NCBI RefSeq assembly: GCF_029227915.1
Contig: NC_079887.1
Coordinates: 16,096,214-16,160,213 of the forward strand
DNA: 64,000 nucleotides
Reading direction: 5' to 3'
Origin: Hydractinia symbiolongicarpus
Lineage: Eukaryota
The notes under the pieces are model-generated. The model made no database searches. It was not told the origin of the DNA and was given only the letters and a program-made list of their open reading frames with translations. Positions 37,061 through 48,800 of the stretch are shown in pieces (position 1 is the first letter of the stretch; each line of letters begins with the position of its first letter). Both the position numbers and the translations under genes were made by a program.

Positions 37061-37458
37061 TGATAAGCATAGTAGTTCTTCTTCCATATGAATATTTATT
37101 CTCTGTCTCACGTTTTCAAACCAATTGAGAGGGGTCTTAAAAAAAGGCACGCCTTTGATTACGACCATTTGCACACAAACTTTCAGAATAACTTAAGTTG
37201 ATTAATTTTCGCGAAAATAATTTTATGGGGAAAAATAACGCAAATTCTAATAATGTACTGCGCCTTTACTTTAGGTGAAGAGTTTCTCATAACGATTATG
37301 CCGTCATAATCTTCCTGGCTAGTGTACATTATTTTTTCTGATGAGGTTGATTTCGAATACAATTAAGCTGCCATCTTGCTAGTCTGTATTCGCGACAGTG
37401 TCGAAACATTCTATTGCTTTCTTATAGATCGTGTTCAACAAACCAAGTCTGATCTTTT

Positions 37459-38016
37459 TTGTTAATTTTCAACTTTTTAAAAAGCTGTAAAAGACTTGAC
37501 ACCATCTATTTTAACAACGTATTGAGTATCTCCAATTCAAATATGTTCATGATATCATTTTGCTTATTTCTTTTTCTTTTCACTTTAATTTTAAATCCAA
37601 TTCAGGATACGTTCTTCAACAAACTGAAACGTCGACTGCAGAATAAGCGCCCTGTAAAGAAAAAACAAGGATCAACACCTAAAAGATCTCGGTTTTATGG
37701 ACAACAGATTTTGAAGAAATTTCCAGATTACGAAACTCCTGATCTAACTTCTGTAGATGAAGAAATAAGCACCCCACTGAATGATGACCATCTATACGAT
37801 GACTGTAAAACAGGTGCTGATGATTCACCCAATCCAATTTCAAGGGTAAACAGTATATGTTCACAGAGCGAAAAAATGGTCCATAATGTTAGACATATGA
37901 TGAATATGAATAGCGAAATGGAAAAAGCTAAACCCAATTTCTCTAACATGATGGTATACATAGACTTGCTGTTAGTGCGGATGTGGACAAATATAGTGTT
38001 ATCTGTTATGAAGTAA
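37459..38016 (+). CDS. Unassigned 185-aa ORF; it may be an exon or a degenerate part of the adjacent Polinton-like element
   Basis: The ORF has a hydrophobic N-terminus, a basic stretch KRRLQNKRPVKKKQGSTPKRSRF and an acidic, serine-rich middle. I recognise no domain. Confidence 0.2.
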   Translation: MLIFNFLKSCKRLDTIYFNNVLSISNSNMFMISFCLFLFLFTLILNPIQDTFFNKLKRRLQNKRPVKKKQGSTPKRSRFYGQQILKKFPDYETPDLTSVDEEISTPLNDDHLYDDCKTGADDSPNPISRVNSICSQSEKMVHNVRHMMNMNSEMEKAKPNFSNMMVYIDLLLVRMWTNIVLSVMK

Positions 38017-38699
38017 TCAAAAATAAAGAAACAAAGCTATCAGATTTAGCTGATTTGAAAAAATAAGCGGAATGCTAGACAGAAATCAACCTTGATAACA
38101 AGCCAAATGTTATTAAAGGCATCGTGGTATGGATACCCTTTTTACACTTTACATCCTTATGCTTATCTACGAGATCCAGCTGAAGATGATCCAGATGACG
38201 ATGATCCAGATGAAGATGATTGGGATAACGATGATCAATGAGGACTAAATATTTTTTGTAACTTGTCAAAGCCACACAAAAAAAACATCCGATCTACCAC
38301 TTCATCACATGCTCTGGAGGTATTTCTACATCTTCGGGAATCACCATTAATTCTTCCGCAACAAAACTACGCCCTGGTCCGTCTTTTAAATAATACATGA
38401 CACGACTGTTTGGTTCTGCCACAATGCAAACCAGTCTATACATCTTTTTGCTCCAAAAGGCATCGGTTGCACGTCTTTTTTGGTCTCCATGCTATTCTTC
38501 AGGTTTTAACTAATATAAATACAACCCATCTTCACGCAAAGGTTTTTCATCGGGATACTCTACTTTTCACAAGTGGTACAACCTCCATCTTGATGGCTTT
38601 TGATGGTTTCATACCGATCATTGCGGTCTTGGTGTTGTTGAGGCCTTTCACTATAGTGTACAGGTTTTTTTACCCATATGCTACTTTGATCATCACTAA

Positions 38700-39035
38700 C
38701 TAACATTTTTGTGCGTTTTGGGGCTTAAAAAGTCTCTCCGCAAGCACTTTGTTGTATGACTCGACAAAAGCTGTAAATGTATGATGATACTTGGTTTTAA
38801 CTTGTTTAATCTCCACCCCTTTACCTTCCAAAAGTTTTGCGACGTCTGATTTAAAATCTAAACCATTATCACACTGGAAGGTTTTGGGATAGTGTAAAGG
38901 TCCCTTTTTGTAAATATCCTGGATTCTCTCTGCAACCTCAGCTGCTTTTTTTGTACGTATAGGTCTCGCTACTTTATATCTTGAGGCGACATCGATGCCT
39001 GTCAGGATATATTTGTACGTGTTTCCATAAACTTT
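38700..39035 (-). pseudogene. Retroviral-type (rve) integrase catalytic core fragment
   Basis: The minus-strand translation is VYGNTYKYILTGIDVASRYKVARPIRTKKAAEVAERIQDIYKKGPLHYPKTFQCDNGLDFKSDVAKLLEGKGVEIKQVKTKYHHTFTAFVESYNKVLAERLFK, ending in a stop, with frameshifted continuation to ~38300. This matches the rve core pattern (D...TGIDV.SRY...P...K...QCDNG.EF......T..Y......E..N..L). No N-terminal zinc-binding domain was found. Confidence 0.7.
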
Positions 39036-39123
39036 TTATTTGGTTTTGTAATTGTAAAATGGGGATAATCAATCTTTTTGGGGCCTCGAAGAAAATCCAA
39101 ACACGGCTTCCAGCACTTTGAAT

Positions 39124-39500
39124 ACATGTATATGGATACGGACAGTGTATATTTTGTGATCTCTAGTGAAAATCTTCGTGATATTGTTGGACCTAAGCTG
39201 CTCTAGAAGTACGAAAAAGATGTAAAAAACTGGCTCGTGACTCATAAATACTCAGAGCGAACGCCAGCATTTTTTAAGCTTAAGTTTATTGGTATAAAAT
39301 GCTTGCGTTGACTGCAAAATGTTACTTTTGCAGTGGAAAAAAAGGGTGCAAAGTATAGCTGTAAAGGGATGTAAAAAATACAATATGATCTTAATTGGGG
39401 CCGTTATATGAATGCATTGCAAAATGGCCTTGATAAGGCGCGAAATACTGGCTTTAGAATACATGACCAAGGTACAAAACGTACGAGCAGCAGAAGTTAG
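39124..39500 (+). pseudogene. Family-B DNA polymerase C-terminal fragment (motif C and the K.Y region), on the opposite strand to the rest of the polymerase
   Basis: The plus-strand translation is YMYMDTDSVYFVISSENLRDIVGPKLL...FKLKFIGIKCLR*LQNVTFAVEKKGAKYSCKG. YMDTDS is the Y-x-DTDS motif C. KGAKY matches the K.Y motif. Confidence 0.65.
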
Positions 39501-39948
39501 GATTATCCGCATACTATGACAAGTGCATAGTTTTAGATGATGGTATACACACCTCTCCGCTTGTGTTTTAAAGTTTTTGTAGAGTGTAGTCTGTGTTTGA
39601 TCAAGCACACTAGACAATAAATGGAAGTTTGTTTATATTTTATTAATTCTATCTCATATAATTTTACTACTCTTTTTTCTAAATTATAGACGTATAATAA
39701 ATAAAATGACTGAACTTGCTAACATATGTGATATTGTTGATACCCCCGCAGAAGCCTTACAACCGCCGGAAAAAGTAGTAGAAAAACGTCAAGCTTTGAA
39801 AACTGATCTACGTAAAGGCAAAGGGCATCTTTTACCAAAAAAGTGTACTAAAGGAAAATTGTTTAGAAAGCGCCGTCGCAAAAGTCTTGGACCACGATTT
39901 CTAGAAATGGTGGTCGCACAATAAATTGAAACGAAATTGGACTACGCA

Positions 39949-41142
39949 TTATTGACCCGCCTCCCGCTTCATAGGAAAGTCATATACCAGGGTAGAAGGG
40001 TACAGCATATTGGCATCGTAACCTAGTAAGGTCTTCATCATTTTAGCTTTTTTACCATAAATATGTGATCTGATTCGCGTCTTTCCACGTTTGTGGTATC
40101 TACAAAATACAGTCGCTTGATCACCTACCATACTTGTCTTTAACAGATCGTAAGCTTGATTTTTGCAACATTTTACGCATTCATTTTTTATTGTCTTACA
40201 TTGTTTGCATGCCTTGCCCTTTTACTTTTTTCACATGTGTGTATACAGGGCTCACCAGGTCCATACAATTCGCACTCAGGGTTCTTCTCTAATGCTTTGT
40301 TCAACACGTATCGCATCGAAACTTCAGGGATATTTACCGCATCTTTTAAAATATCAATTTCATCATTGTAGTATTTTTCTCTCGTTTTGTCAACTGCTTC
40401 GATAAAGGGCTCAACGTCGGCAAGATTGTACTCGCGCAACCAATCCATCATCGTGACGCAGCCACGTCTATAAAACTCTTTTCTAAATTTTGTTATTCGG
40501 TGCGTGAGATGGATTTCTTTTTAAGACTGCTGTAAAAGTCACAGTGCTTCACAGGTCTTGCGTGGTTTAACTTATCATAGCTCGTTAACCACTCGTAAGG
40601 AAATACTAATTTCTCCAGTCTGCAATCAAGTGATTTACACCACCTATCATAACTCAAGTCTAGTGATGGAAAATTTTTAATATCAAGAAATTTAAACCTT
40701 GATATTGTCAAAAACATATAATTATTCGCCTTTCGTGCAACAAAAATAATATTGCTCACTTGCTCATCTTCTTCGTTTTTTCAGAGATTTTCTCCACAAA
40801 TTTTTTTTTAATCAGGTTAAGGTCATATTTTCAAGAATTAAATCAAAATACAGGCACCTGATTTAACCATTCGTCCCATGCTTTTTTAAACTTCATTTGG
40901 TAACATGTCAAAATCATCAGTTTTTGGATACATTTTTCCACTACAATCAATTGTTGCCTGCGTTTAAGATCGTCGACAAATTGACCAATCAAGATATTTG
41001 GATCTTTGTGCTCGATAAACGTTGGTTTACCATTAAAATTATCATGAACCGCAACACTGACCGCCTTTTGCTTTGATATATAAGTTAGGTCCTTTGTGCA
41101 CTGTTCGTTCACAATTTCTGCAGCAGCCTCAAAATCAAACAC
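39949..41142 (-). pseudogene. Family-B DNA polymerase N-terminal part: 3'-5' exonuclease motifs and polymerase motif A, frameshifted
   Basis: ORF 40843-41142 begins MFDFEAAAEIV, which is Exo I (FDFET-type), and contains VHDNFNGKPTF, which is Exo II-like. ORF 40188-40451 contains EKYYNDEIDIL, which is Exo III (Y-x3-D)-like. ORF 39949-40131 contains LLGYDANMLYPS, which is motif A (D-x2-SLYPS). Motif B was not found. Confidence 0.65.
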
Positions 41143-41500
41143 GATGTAGCCTGGGTATGGTGTAATTTTTTTTTTAAAAGATATTTTTTTTGTGGTGGTT
41201 TCTCACATTCCCAAACAGATACCACGTTGTACCCAAGCTCTTTGTTGATTCGTTCGTTCCACTTTGTAGCTATGTAACGACCTTCATCGGTATTTGTTAT
41301 TTCTTTATGCAGGTGCAACCGTGCCATTTACAACCATGATATTGATAGATTGTTTTAGTTGAGGGTTCATATCCATCTACTTTCCAGAGCTCTTTTCCAT
41401 CTTCGTTTCTGGTCACACGTTCACCACCATGACGACACAATGCATGATGTATATGTAAACCAGTTTCTTCGCTCATATATTCAATCCACCGGCAAGCCAC
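41109..41500 (-). pseudogene. Vsr-like (very-short-patch-repair / DUF559, PD-(D/E)XK fold) endonuclease domain directly upstream of, and overlapping, the PolB Exo I ORF; contains one frameshift
   Basis: ORF 41297-41500 reads ...GKELWKVDGYEPSTKTIYQYHGCKWHGCTCIKK. ORF 41109-41327 reads ...DEGRYIATKWNERINKELGYNVVSVWECEKPPQK. Both align to the E. coli Vsr core (VDEYRCVIFTHGCFWHHHHC ... ELGWRVLIVWECA). The two ORFs overlap in different frames. Confidence 0.65.
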
Positions 41501-44500
41501 GTAACTTAATGCTGACTTTTCACCATAAAAAAATGTTTATGTGTTGAGTTGATGTATAAATTTCTTTTCGTTACAAAACGATCTTCGTTTTTCCTCCAGT
41601 GCATGTATCATCGACCGTATTTCTGATGAGATTTTTGTGCTGTGTAAATACCTGCTTACACGCCACACATTCCCAACCCTTGCATGAAACATCAATATTT
41701 TTGATGCAAAAACAGTGGCCTGTATGCATTCCAAGGTTGATCTAATCCTTGTTGGTGTTGGTTTTGCCCATATATCAGCATCCATGATGCTTTTTCTGAG
41801 CATGTTTTGGGCTCGTAAATCCTAATGTTTATCTTGAATTTTAGCGATATTCCTTCAATATCCACTAACCTCGTTGCACGCACGTCTTTTTGTTTAAGCT
41901 TGTCATTTTGATAGTATTTCCTAGCCAGTTTCAATGCATCTTTTATAAGTCGCTTCTTGTAACCTAGGTAGTGTAGTGCTAGACATCTCCGCATGCATAG
42001 GTTGTCGGTGCGTTCGTCTTCTCCATCGATCGCGTAAATACATCGCTTTTTTCTTAACCAATCTGGTTAAGGACTGCATCCTAGCAGGGGGCCGTTTGTT
42101 GAAATAATCTTAATCTGAGCGTGTATTAAAACAACCTTTCCGCAGTAGGAGCCTGGTGTGTGGATGGTTTTTTCTGCTGGAAGGTAGGCATTTCCCCAAA
42201 ACTCATAGTCATCCAAGTCTAGCCGCTGCGTCTCGCATCCGTCAATAATGGTTATAATGGGTCCACGTTTCACCTCCTCCTTTGTGTACAACGCATTCAA
42301 AACTATAAACTACATTGGTTCTCATGTTAATGTTAGTGTGTAATTTTTCCCATAATTGGCTCTGTCAGCTGTCCGTTCAAATTACTGTTGATTCTCCATG
42401 TTTTGACTAGCGTTCCATCTTCCAACATCTTCATGTCAAGCTCATCAAATATGTGTTGGATATCTTCAATACATGTGGCTTCCTTCTTTTTTCGTGGGAA
42501 TATGTGTTTGATATCTTCGATTCCATGATATTCGTCTTGTATGTAGTCTTCCTCAGCTTCGATATCATCGTGCAGCTTCGTCCCTCTCGAAAGTTGCTCC
42601 TTTGCTTTTTAATAATCGGTAATAGTATCCCGCACACTCTGCAATCGAGCGGTAAGAGAATCACGAGTTGATGCTACTGGAGCTGATACAGCGTTGTATA
42701 ATTGTGTCATTGCATTTCTGAACCAACTCATTTTATTATATGAAAAAATTTTATCAATATTTTTTTACATGGACAGTTTGTTGAATTAGGGGAGTTCCCT
42801 AACTCCACTTGCACATTGTGATGACGGCAACCGACATAATTTCTGTCGGATGACGTCGATTGTTGTTGAAGTTTTATGCCAACCTCGTCCCCAGGGCATC
42901 TTGTATCTTTTCTGACCCCGGGACGGCGATACGAACATGGCCCCGGAGGAGGCTGGCCCGATATGAAACCTGATTGGCGCGGATATGTCAAATAATTAAT
43001 GCGTCATACAAAACATTTTGGCGAGGCGGCGAGTCTGTGACCAACAGGAGGAAGCTGTTCGTATTAAAATGGCGGAGGAGGTGTATCAGCAGTATCAAGT
43101 TTTTTTCAAAGTGAAAAATTTAATAAAAAGCATTACTAAGAATGAGATTATAAAATAAGACATCATAAAGTAATACTGCTTACATGACAATATTTCAATA
43201 GCTGGGAATGTTTAATAAAGAACTATCAAGATAAGAACAAAAGAAAGAAACTCAACTTGTTTCCAAGTGGCCAGGTTTAATTTGCACCTTTTTGCAAAGA
43301 ATGATGTTGCATAAGATTGCTGCCCATGTCCTTTATAGACAAAATAATTTTGCACAAAATATCGAAAATGTTGTTTTTACAAAATATATATCTTTATGTT
43401 TTAAATTATATCAGGTTGTTATTAGTGGGCATGTTTTATTACCTTATATGCTTTGGTTCTATAAAAGATATAAAAAGCCAGTAGGTTAACCGTTGGAGCC
43501 ATTTTATCATTGAATGCACATTTACCCGGCCTAATTCAAGAAAATTCAAAGTGCAATAGCTTCAGTAAAAAAATAAAGTTATTGACTTGAAACTTGTTAA
43601 GGAGTACTTTTAAACCAATCTGATAAAGTATAATTTTTCACGAGGCATAAAAAATGTACAAAGCCATTTTAAGGAAGAGAAAAAGGTAGGAAGATTTTCT
43701 CAAACTGATTCTTGCTATGCCTTTTTTAACACGCTATGAAGAAATTTCAGAAAATCGAACTCAATCAAATTTGATTGAGCCCTCAATCAGGCATATGGTT
43801 AAATCCAGGATGTACTGAAGATGGTAGTAGATATTTAACAGCTCACCACTGTGATATATTATCTCAAGAGTTTTGATACAAATTACAAAGCAGTGAACAT
43901 AAAAAATAACAAAAAAAGTCTAAACCGAGTATATAGTTTATATAGCGTCCCATAACTTCAGTAGAAATTAAAATATTGACTTGAGATTTGGTATGATATG
44001 GTTTTAGATTGGTTTGATGAAATTGAGCCAAAAAATAGTTCTATTATCATCACACTTTTTGAGTTTTAGAATTTAGCCCTTTTCAGAGACTCTGATAAGC
44101 TGTTTCGACAGCATATCAATTTTGACCAAGATACAGATTCAGAAAATTTTAAAATCTATTCTAACCTCAGAAATAGGTCAGATAAGATTCAACCTAAAAT
44201 TATGCCAGTAAACAAAATATTTAGTTGCAAGGAATATCTCTTTGCTGATATCTTTTTGTGATAGGATGCTCTTATGAGAATACTGAATTAATCTTCACGG
44301 TTAGCTAGTTTGGCATTTTAAATATTTTCCAAGCAGAATGATAACAATAAATAGATGTATATATCAATAAAAAATCGATATTTGAACAGCAGCAGAATTT
44401 TGATGAGCTCTAAAAAGTGCGAATTTATGAAACTAATTTTGGTCCAAAATCCCCAAAATAATTTCCTCAAAAAATTATTCTAGAGACATTTTTTTCTCAA

Positions 44501-45851
44501 GGTAGCAATACTTTGCTGTTGGTAAAGTTTTCTCTTAAATGGAACACAATGATAATGGGTGGAATAAACTGCTTTCGATCCAGATAAGTCTGATTGCATA
44601 TTTTAGTATATTTTGTCAACGTTGATGTTGCACCAAGCAATGTTTGCATAATTTAAATAGCAATGTATAAAAGAGAAAATATTTGTTTTTTAACAAGTTC
44701 TATCAAATTATAAAAAAGATGCCATTATTCTTTGCGATTTTTTCTTCTACAACATTTATGTGTTCTCTCCAAGATTTAAGATGAAAATCTTACTTGGAGA
44801 GAACACATACTTTCTTGAAAGCTTGGATGACTAATTTTGTCAGTTTGATTCTTTAATGTTTGTATTACACAAATATACTAAAGAAACAAACATTTAATGC
44901 TGATTTTTAAAGAGCAGATCAAAAACCCTAGACGATATTAAAAAAAAATAAAAAACAGTGCAGAGCTTAACATTTCTGATGTGATGTTCCAGTTGTATTA
45001 AATATATTGCTGGCATTTTTTAGCAATATTTGGAAAATGTCTGATCTGCACCGCGGTTAAGACGGATCGGATGATGAGTGGTGACTTAAGGTATTGAGCC
45101 CCTTCCTGGTAGACGATCAACTGTCTCCCAGGTAGAAATTGAAGTTGACACTAATCTTGATATATTACACCTTAAGCAGGAACGAAGTTAGGTTATTTTG
45201 AAAAAGAAAATACACTAAATTGAAATAAATACATAAATATATTGACTGATTCGTTAGAAAATGGTTAGCATATACAATTCAAAACACTACTTAAAAATAC
45301 AAACAGTCCCAAAAGCTAACATTTTATGTCAATCAAGGCTGAATAATATATTGACTTTAAGTACAAAGACTAGATTTCCTTAACAAACGTGATGTGTTGG
45401 GGGATTTCACAGATTTCATGTACACAGTAATTTACATCATCAGCCAATGTATCAAGTTGAGGTGAATGAAATGTAATTTTGTCAGTAGCTCTTAAACTAT
45501 AAAATTTGAGTTTACATTTTTTTTCTTATTTGAAACTTTGATAGCCATCGCGAGTACGCATCTCCAAGCCATTACTTGAATGTGTCGAATCCTGAAAAAA
45601 AAGTTTTCGTTTCTAATAAAACTGGTATTGCTGTTGAAAACCCTCTATTTTTTATACAACGCGCGATCATGAATCTGAACCAAGAAAAAGAAGGCAAGGA
45701 GTAATAAAAATAACGTGCTCGGAAGTAAATATTAAACACAAACCAAGCGAAGGTTTTTCCTCCCTCCTCCCTCGAAAACTAATGAACCTTTGTTACATTA
45801 GATATTTGAAAATATTGGGAAAAATCACGAAAATTGCCAACATGAACCTAC

Positions 45852-48800
45852 CGAGAGAGTTTTGCCTTTCGTTTCAATTGGCAGCAAGAGAGAAGCGATG
45901 ACACAAGCAACCAGAAGTGCGGCGTAAACACCCACCACCAAATAAAACGAGTGATGAATTAAAACCTAGTGACGAAGTTTATAACCTTGATTGTCAACTT
46001 GAGATTGATGCAAAGAATTCATTTGCAACTTTCTTGATTTTATTCTTAGTTTTGTCAAAAAGCAATATTTATAACAAAACTCAGAATTAAAACAAAAAAA
46101 ATAAACCGAAAGCAATGCTTCAGAATTAATACACAGCAAAATATGAAATAAAACCGCACCTGTGCAACAAAGGGGGTTGCCATTGCACCCACCCTGGCAA
46201 ACATACTACAAGCACCCAAACCAACAGCACGTACGTTCGTTGGTAACACCTAAGAAAGAAAACAAGTAATTTAACTGCCGATAACTCGAACCTCTTTCGA
46301 TTACTCGAATTTCCAGCAACTCAGTCCGACTATTTAAGCGGTCTCCTGGGCTAAAATACTTGTGATAACTTGATCTCCAAAGATAAAATGCAGAAAAATC
46401 CTGTGCAAGTTATTGTTTTTTAAAAAAATAAATTACTTAATTAATAGAGATGTAATCTTTCCTGCCCTAATAGACTTCGAAGACATAAGAGCTTATTTGT
46501 AATGATTGTACACAAGGTATTGTTTCTGTTTCACAGTCAACGTAAAAAAGAAGAAAAAGGAAATAAAGTCAAGTAAAAGAATTCAAATTCCATAAAACAA
46601 AGCATATTGGTGTCCTTTTGGAGTGCGTAGGGTTTAAAGTAGCGAATTTTGAAAAAATTTGTTTTTTTACATGGGGGTCTTTTTAACACCGGTCTTTAAT
46701 GGCGGAAGGGCGATTTTTGAAATCGGCGCAATAAGGGCAAGCGTAAGTGGGCCCGGTGGTAAATTTGGACCGGCGTTATAAGGGTCGATAAGGTGGCATA
46801 CTGTAATTAAACACTAGCCGAATATTTCAGGTTTTCAGCTAGTGTTTTACGACAGCGCATTTTATGCTGACCTTTGATGGGACACAAAAAAATACAAGAA
46901 AAAATGAAGCTCTTACTTCAGGTGTATATACATATGCAGCTTGAAAACTACCAGTAACAAAGCCGCGAACAGCAAATATGAAAATCACCGACATTGTTCT
47001 AAAGCAAAAATAAAAACAAATATAATTACTAGTACAATCATAATACAATCCTCGAAATTCGTTTGGTGTTGTTAAGTTTCGTACAGATTCATTAAAAATA
47101 TTCAACAAATTCACAATTTTCGAAATAATTAAAGCTAGCCGCTAGTCTGTGAAAAATTCCACGTGAGATCTGCCGTGTCTATATCTCCCACATCGCTATT
47201 TCGCGCATCCTTGCCCTTTGTTAAGATAAGTAATGAAGTTTACTTGGAAGGGGATTAATTACTATGAATATTGATGCGATTATAATGGCGTTTTCGATTA
47301 CAAAACCCCTGTTTTTAATTGGCTCACAGACAAACAAAAAGACAGCGAATATTATAATATAGTCGTTAACTCGTGGAAAAGTCAACGGGTTCGCCCGTCA
47401 GCACGTTATTTACTCTGCATGGTACCGAGAATGAAGTTTCGGCGCAGCCATTTTGAACAGAATAGGTCTATTATTATAGAGATTCAGGACCAAATTTGCA
47501 TGAAACTTTCTTCTATTAAAGAAGATTAAGTTTTGGGGTTTGCACGTGACTGATTGCAAATATGACTTCTTGGGTCTGCACGTGACTGATTGCAAATATA
47601 ACTGCTTACCGTCCCGTGCATATAGCTAGTAACATGAAAGAGATGGAAGCTAATCCAAACAACACAGCAAGCGTTTTCTTCCTGCCGATCCATTCGATTA
47701 AAATGATGGCGAGCAATAAACCTGGAAACAAACATAAAATTTTCTACCAATGTGCTACTGTATTTACTTTCTGAGAAAAATTTTATTGAACGTCCGCCTT
47801 ATTTTGAAAATAGAGGGGGTGGCGCTCACTTAAAGAGAGAGAAGACGTTCAAAGGGAGGGGGCGGTTGGGGTGCTTATTTTGCTTATGTAAAAAAAATAG
47901 TATACCTGGAAACTCTGCGATACTGGTCAACATAAAATCGACGTAATCTTTATTTGATAATTCTTTGCACGTTGTTATTGTATTTGTGTCATCTAAAAAT
48001 ATGGATGGATGAATAAATGTACGAAATAAAAATGAAATAAATGAATAAAATAATTGGTGAATAAATGGAATGAATGAATAAATGAAACAATAATCTAAAA
48101 TATGTGTGGGGATGGATGAATGAAAGAATGAATGAATAAAGGAATGAAAGAATGAATGAAAGAATGAATGAATAAAGGAATAAATAAAAGAATGAATAAA
48201 AGAATAAATAAAAGAATGAATAAAAGAATGAATAAAGAATAAATAAAAGAATGAATAAAAGAATGAATAAAAGAATAAATAAAAGAATGAATAAAAGAAT
48301 AAATAAAAGAATGAATAAAAAAATAAATAAAAGAATGAATAAAAGAATGAATAAAAGAATGAATAAAAGAATGAAAAAAAGAATAAATAAAAGAATGAAT
48401 AAAAGAATGAATGAAAGAATAAATAAAAGAATGAATAAAAGAATAAATAAAAGAATGAATAAAAAAATAAATAAAAGAATGAATAAAAGAATAAATAAAA
48501 GAATGAATAAAAAAATAAATAAAAGAATGAATAAAAGAATGAATAAAAGAATGAATAAAAGAATGAATAAAAGAATAAATAAAAGAATGAATAAAAGAAT
48601 GAATAAAAGAATAAATAAAAGAATGAATAAAAGAATAAATAAAAGAATGAATAAAAGAATAAATAAAAGAATGAATAAAGAATGAATAAAGAATGAATAA
48701 AAGAATGAATAAAAGAATAAATAAAAGAATGAATAAAAGAATAAATAAAAGAATGAATAAAAGAATAAATAAAAGAATGAATAAAAAAATGAATAAAAGA

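Larger units (their letters stand above)
38290..43100. mobile_element. Decayed, rearranged Polinton/Maverick-like DNA transposon remnant (protein-primed PolB + rve integrase + Vsr-like endonuclease + further frameshifted ORFs)
   Basis: See the four sub-features below. Further frameshifted minus-strand ORFs (41537-42700) show no recognisable domains. No terminal inverted repeats were detectable by eye. Confidence 0.7.

Noticed and set aside
39706-39924. 72-aa basic plus-strand ORF inside the Polinton-like remnant
   Set aside because: It is highly basic and low-complexity with no motif. It could be a minor virion-like protein remnant or chance. There is insufficient evidence to call it.
42067-42300. 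Possible adenain/Ulp1-like cysteine protease in the minus-strand ORF (…HTPGSYCGKVV…) of the Polinton-like remnant
   Set aside because: Only a weak Q/H...CG resemblance exists, without the His-Asp-Gln-Cys spacing. It is not supportable by eye.
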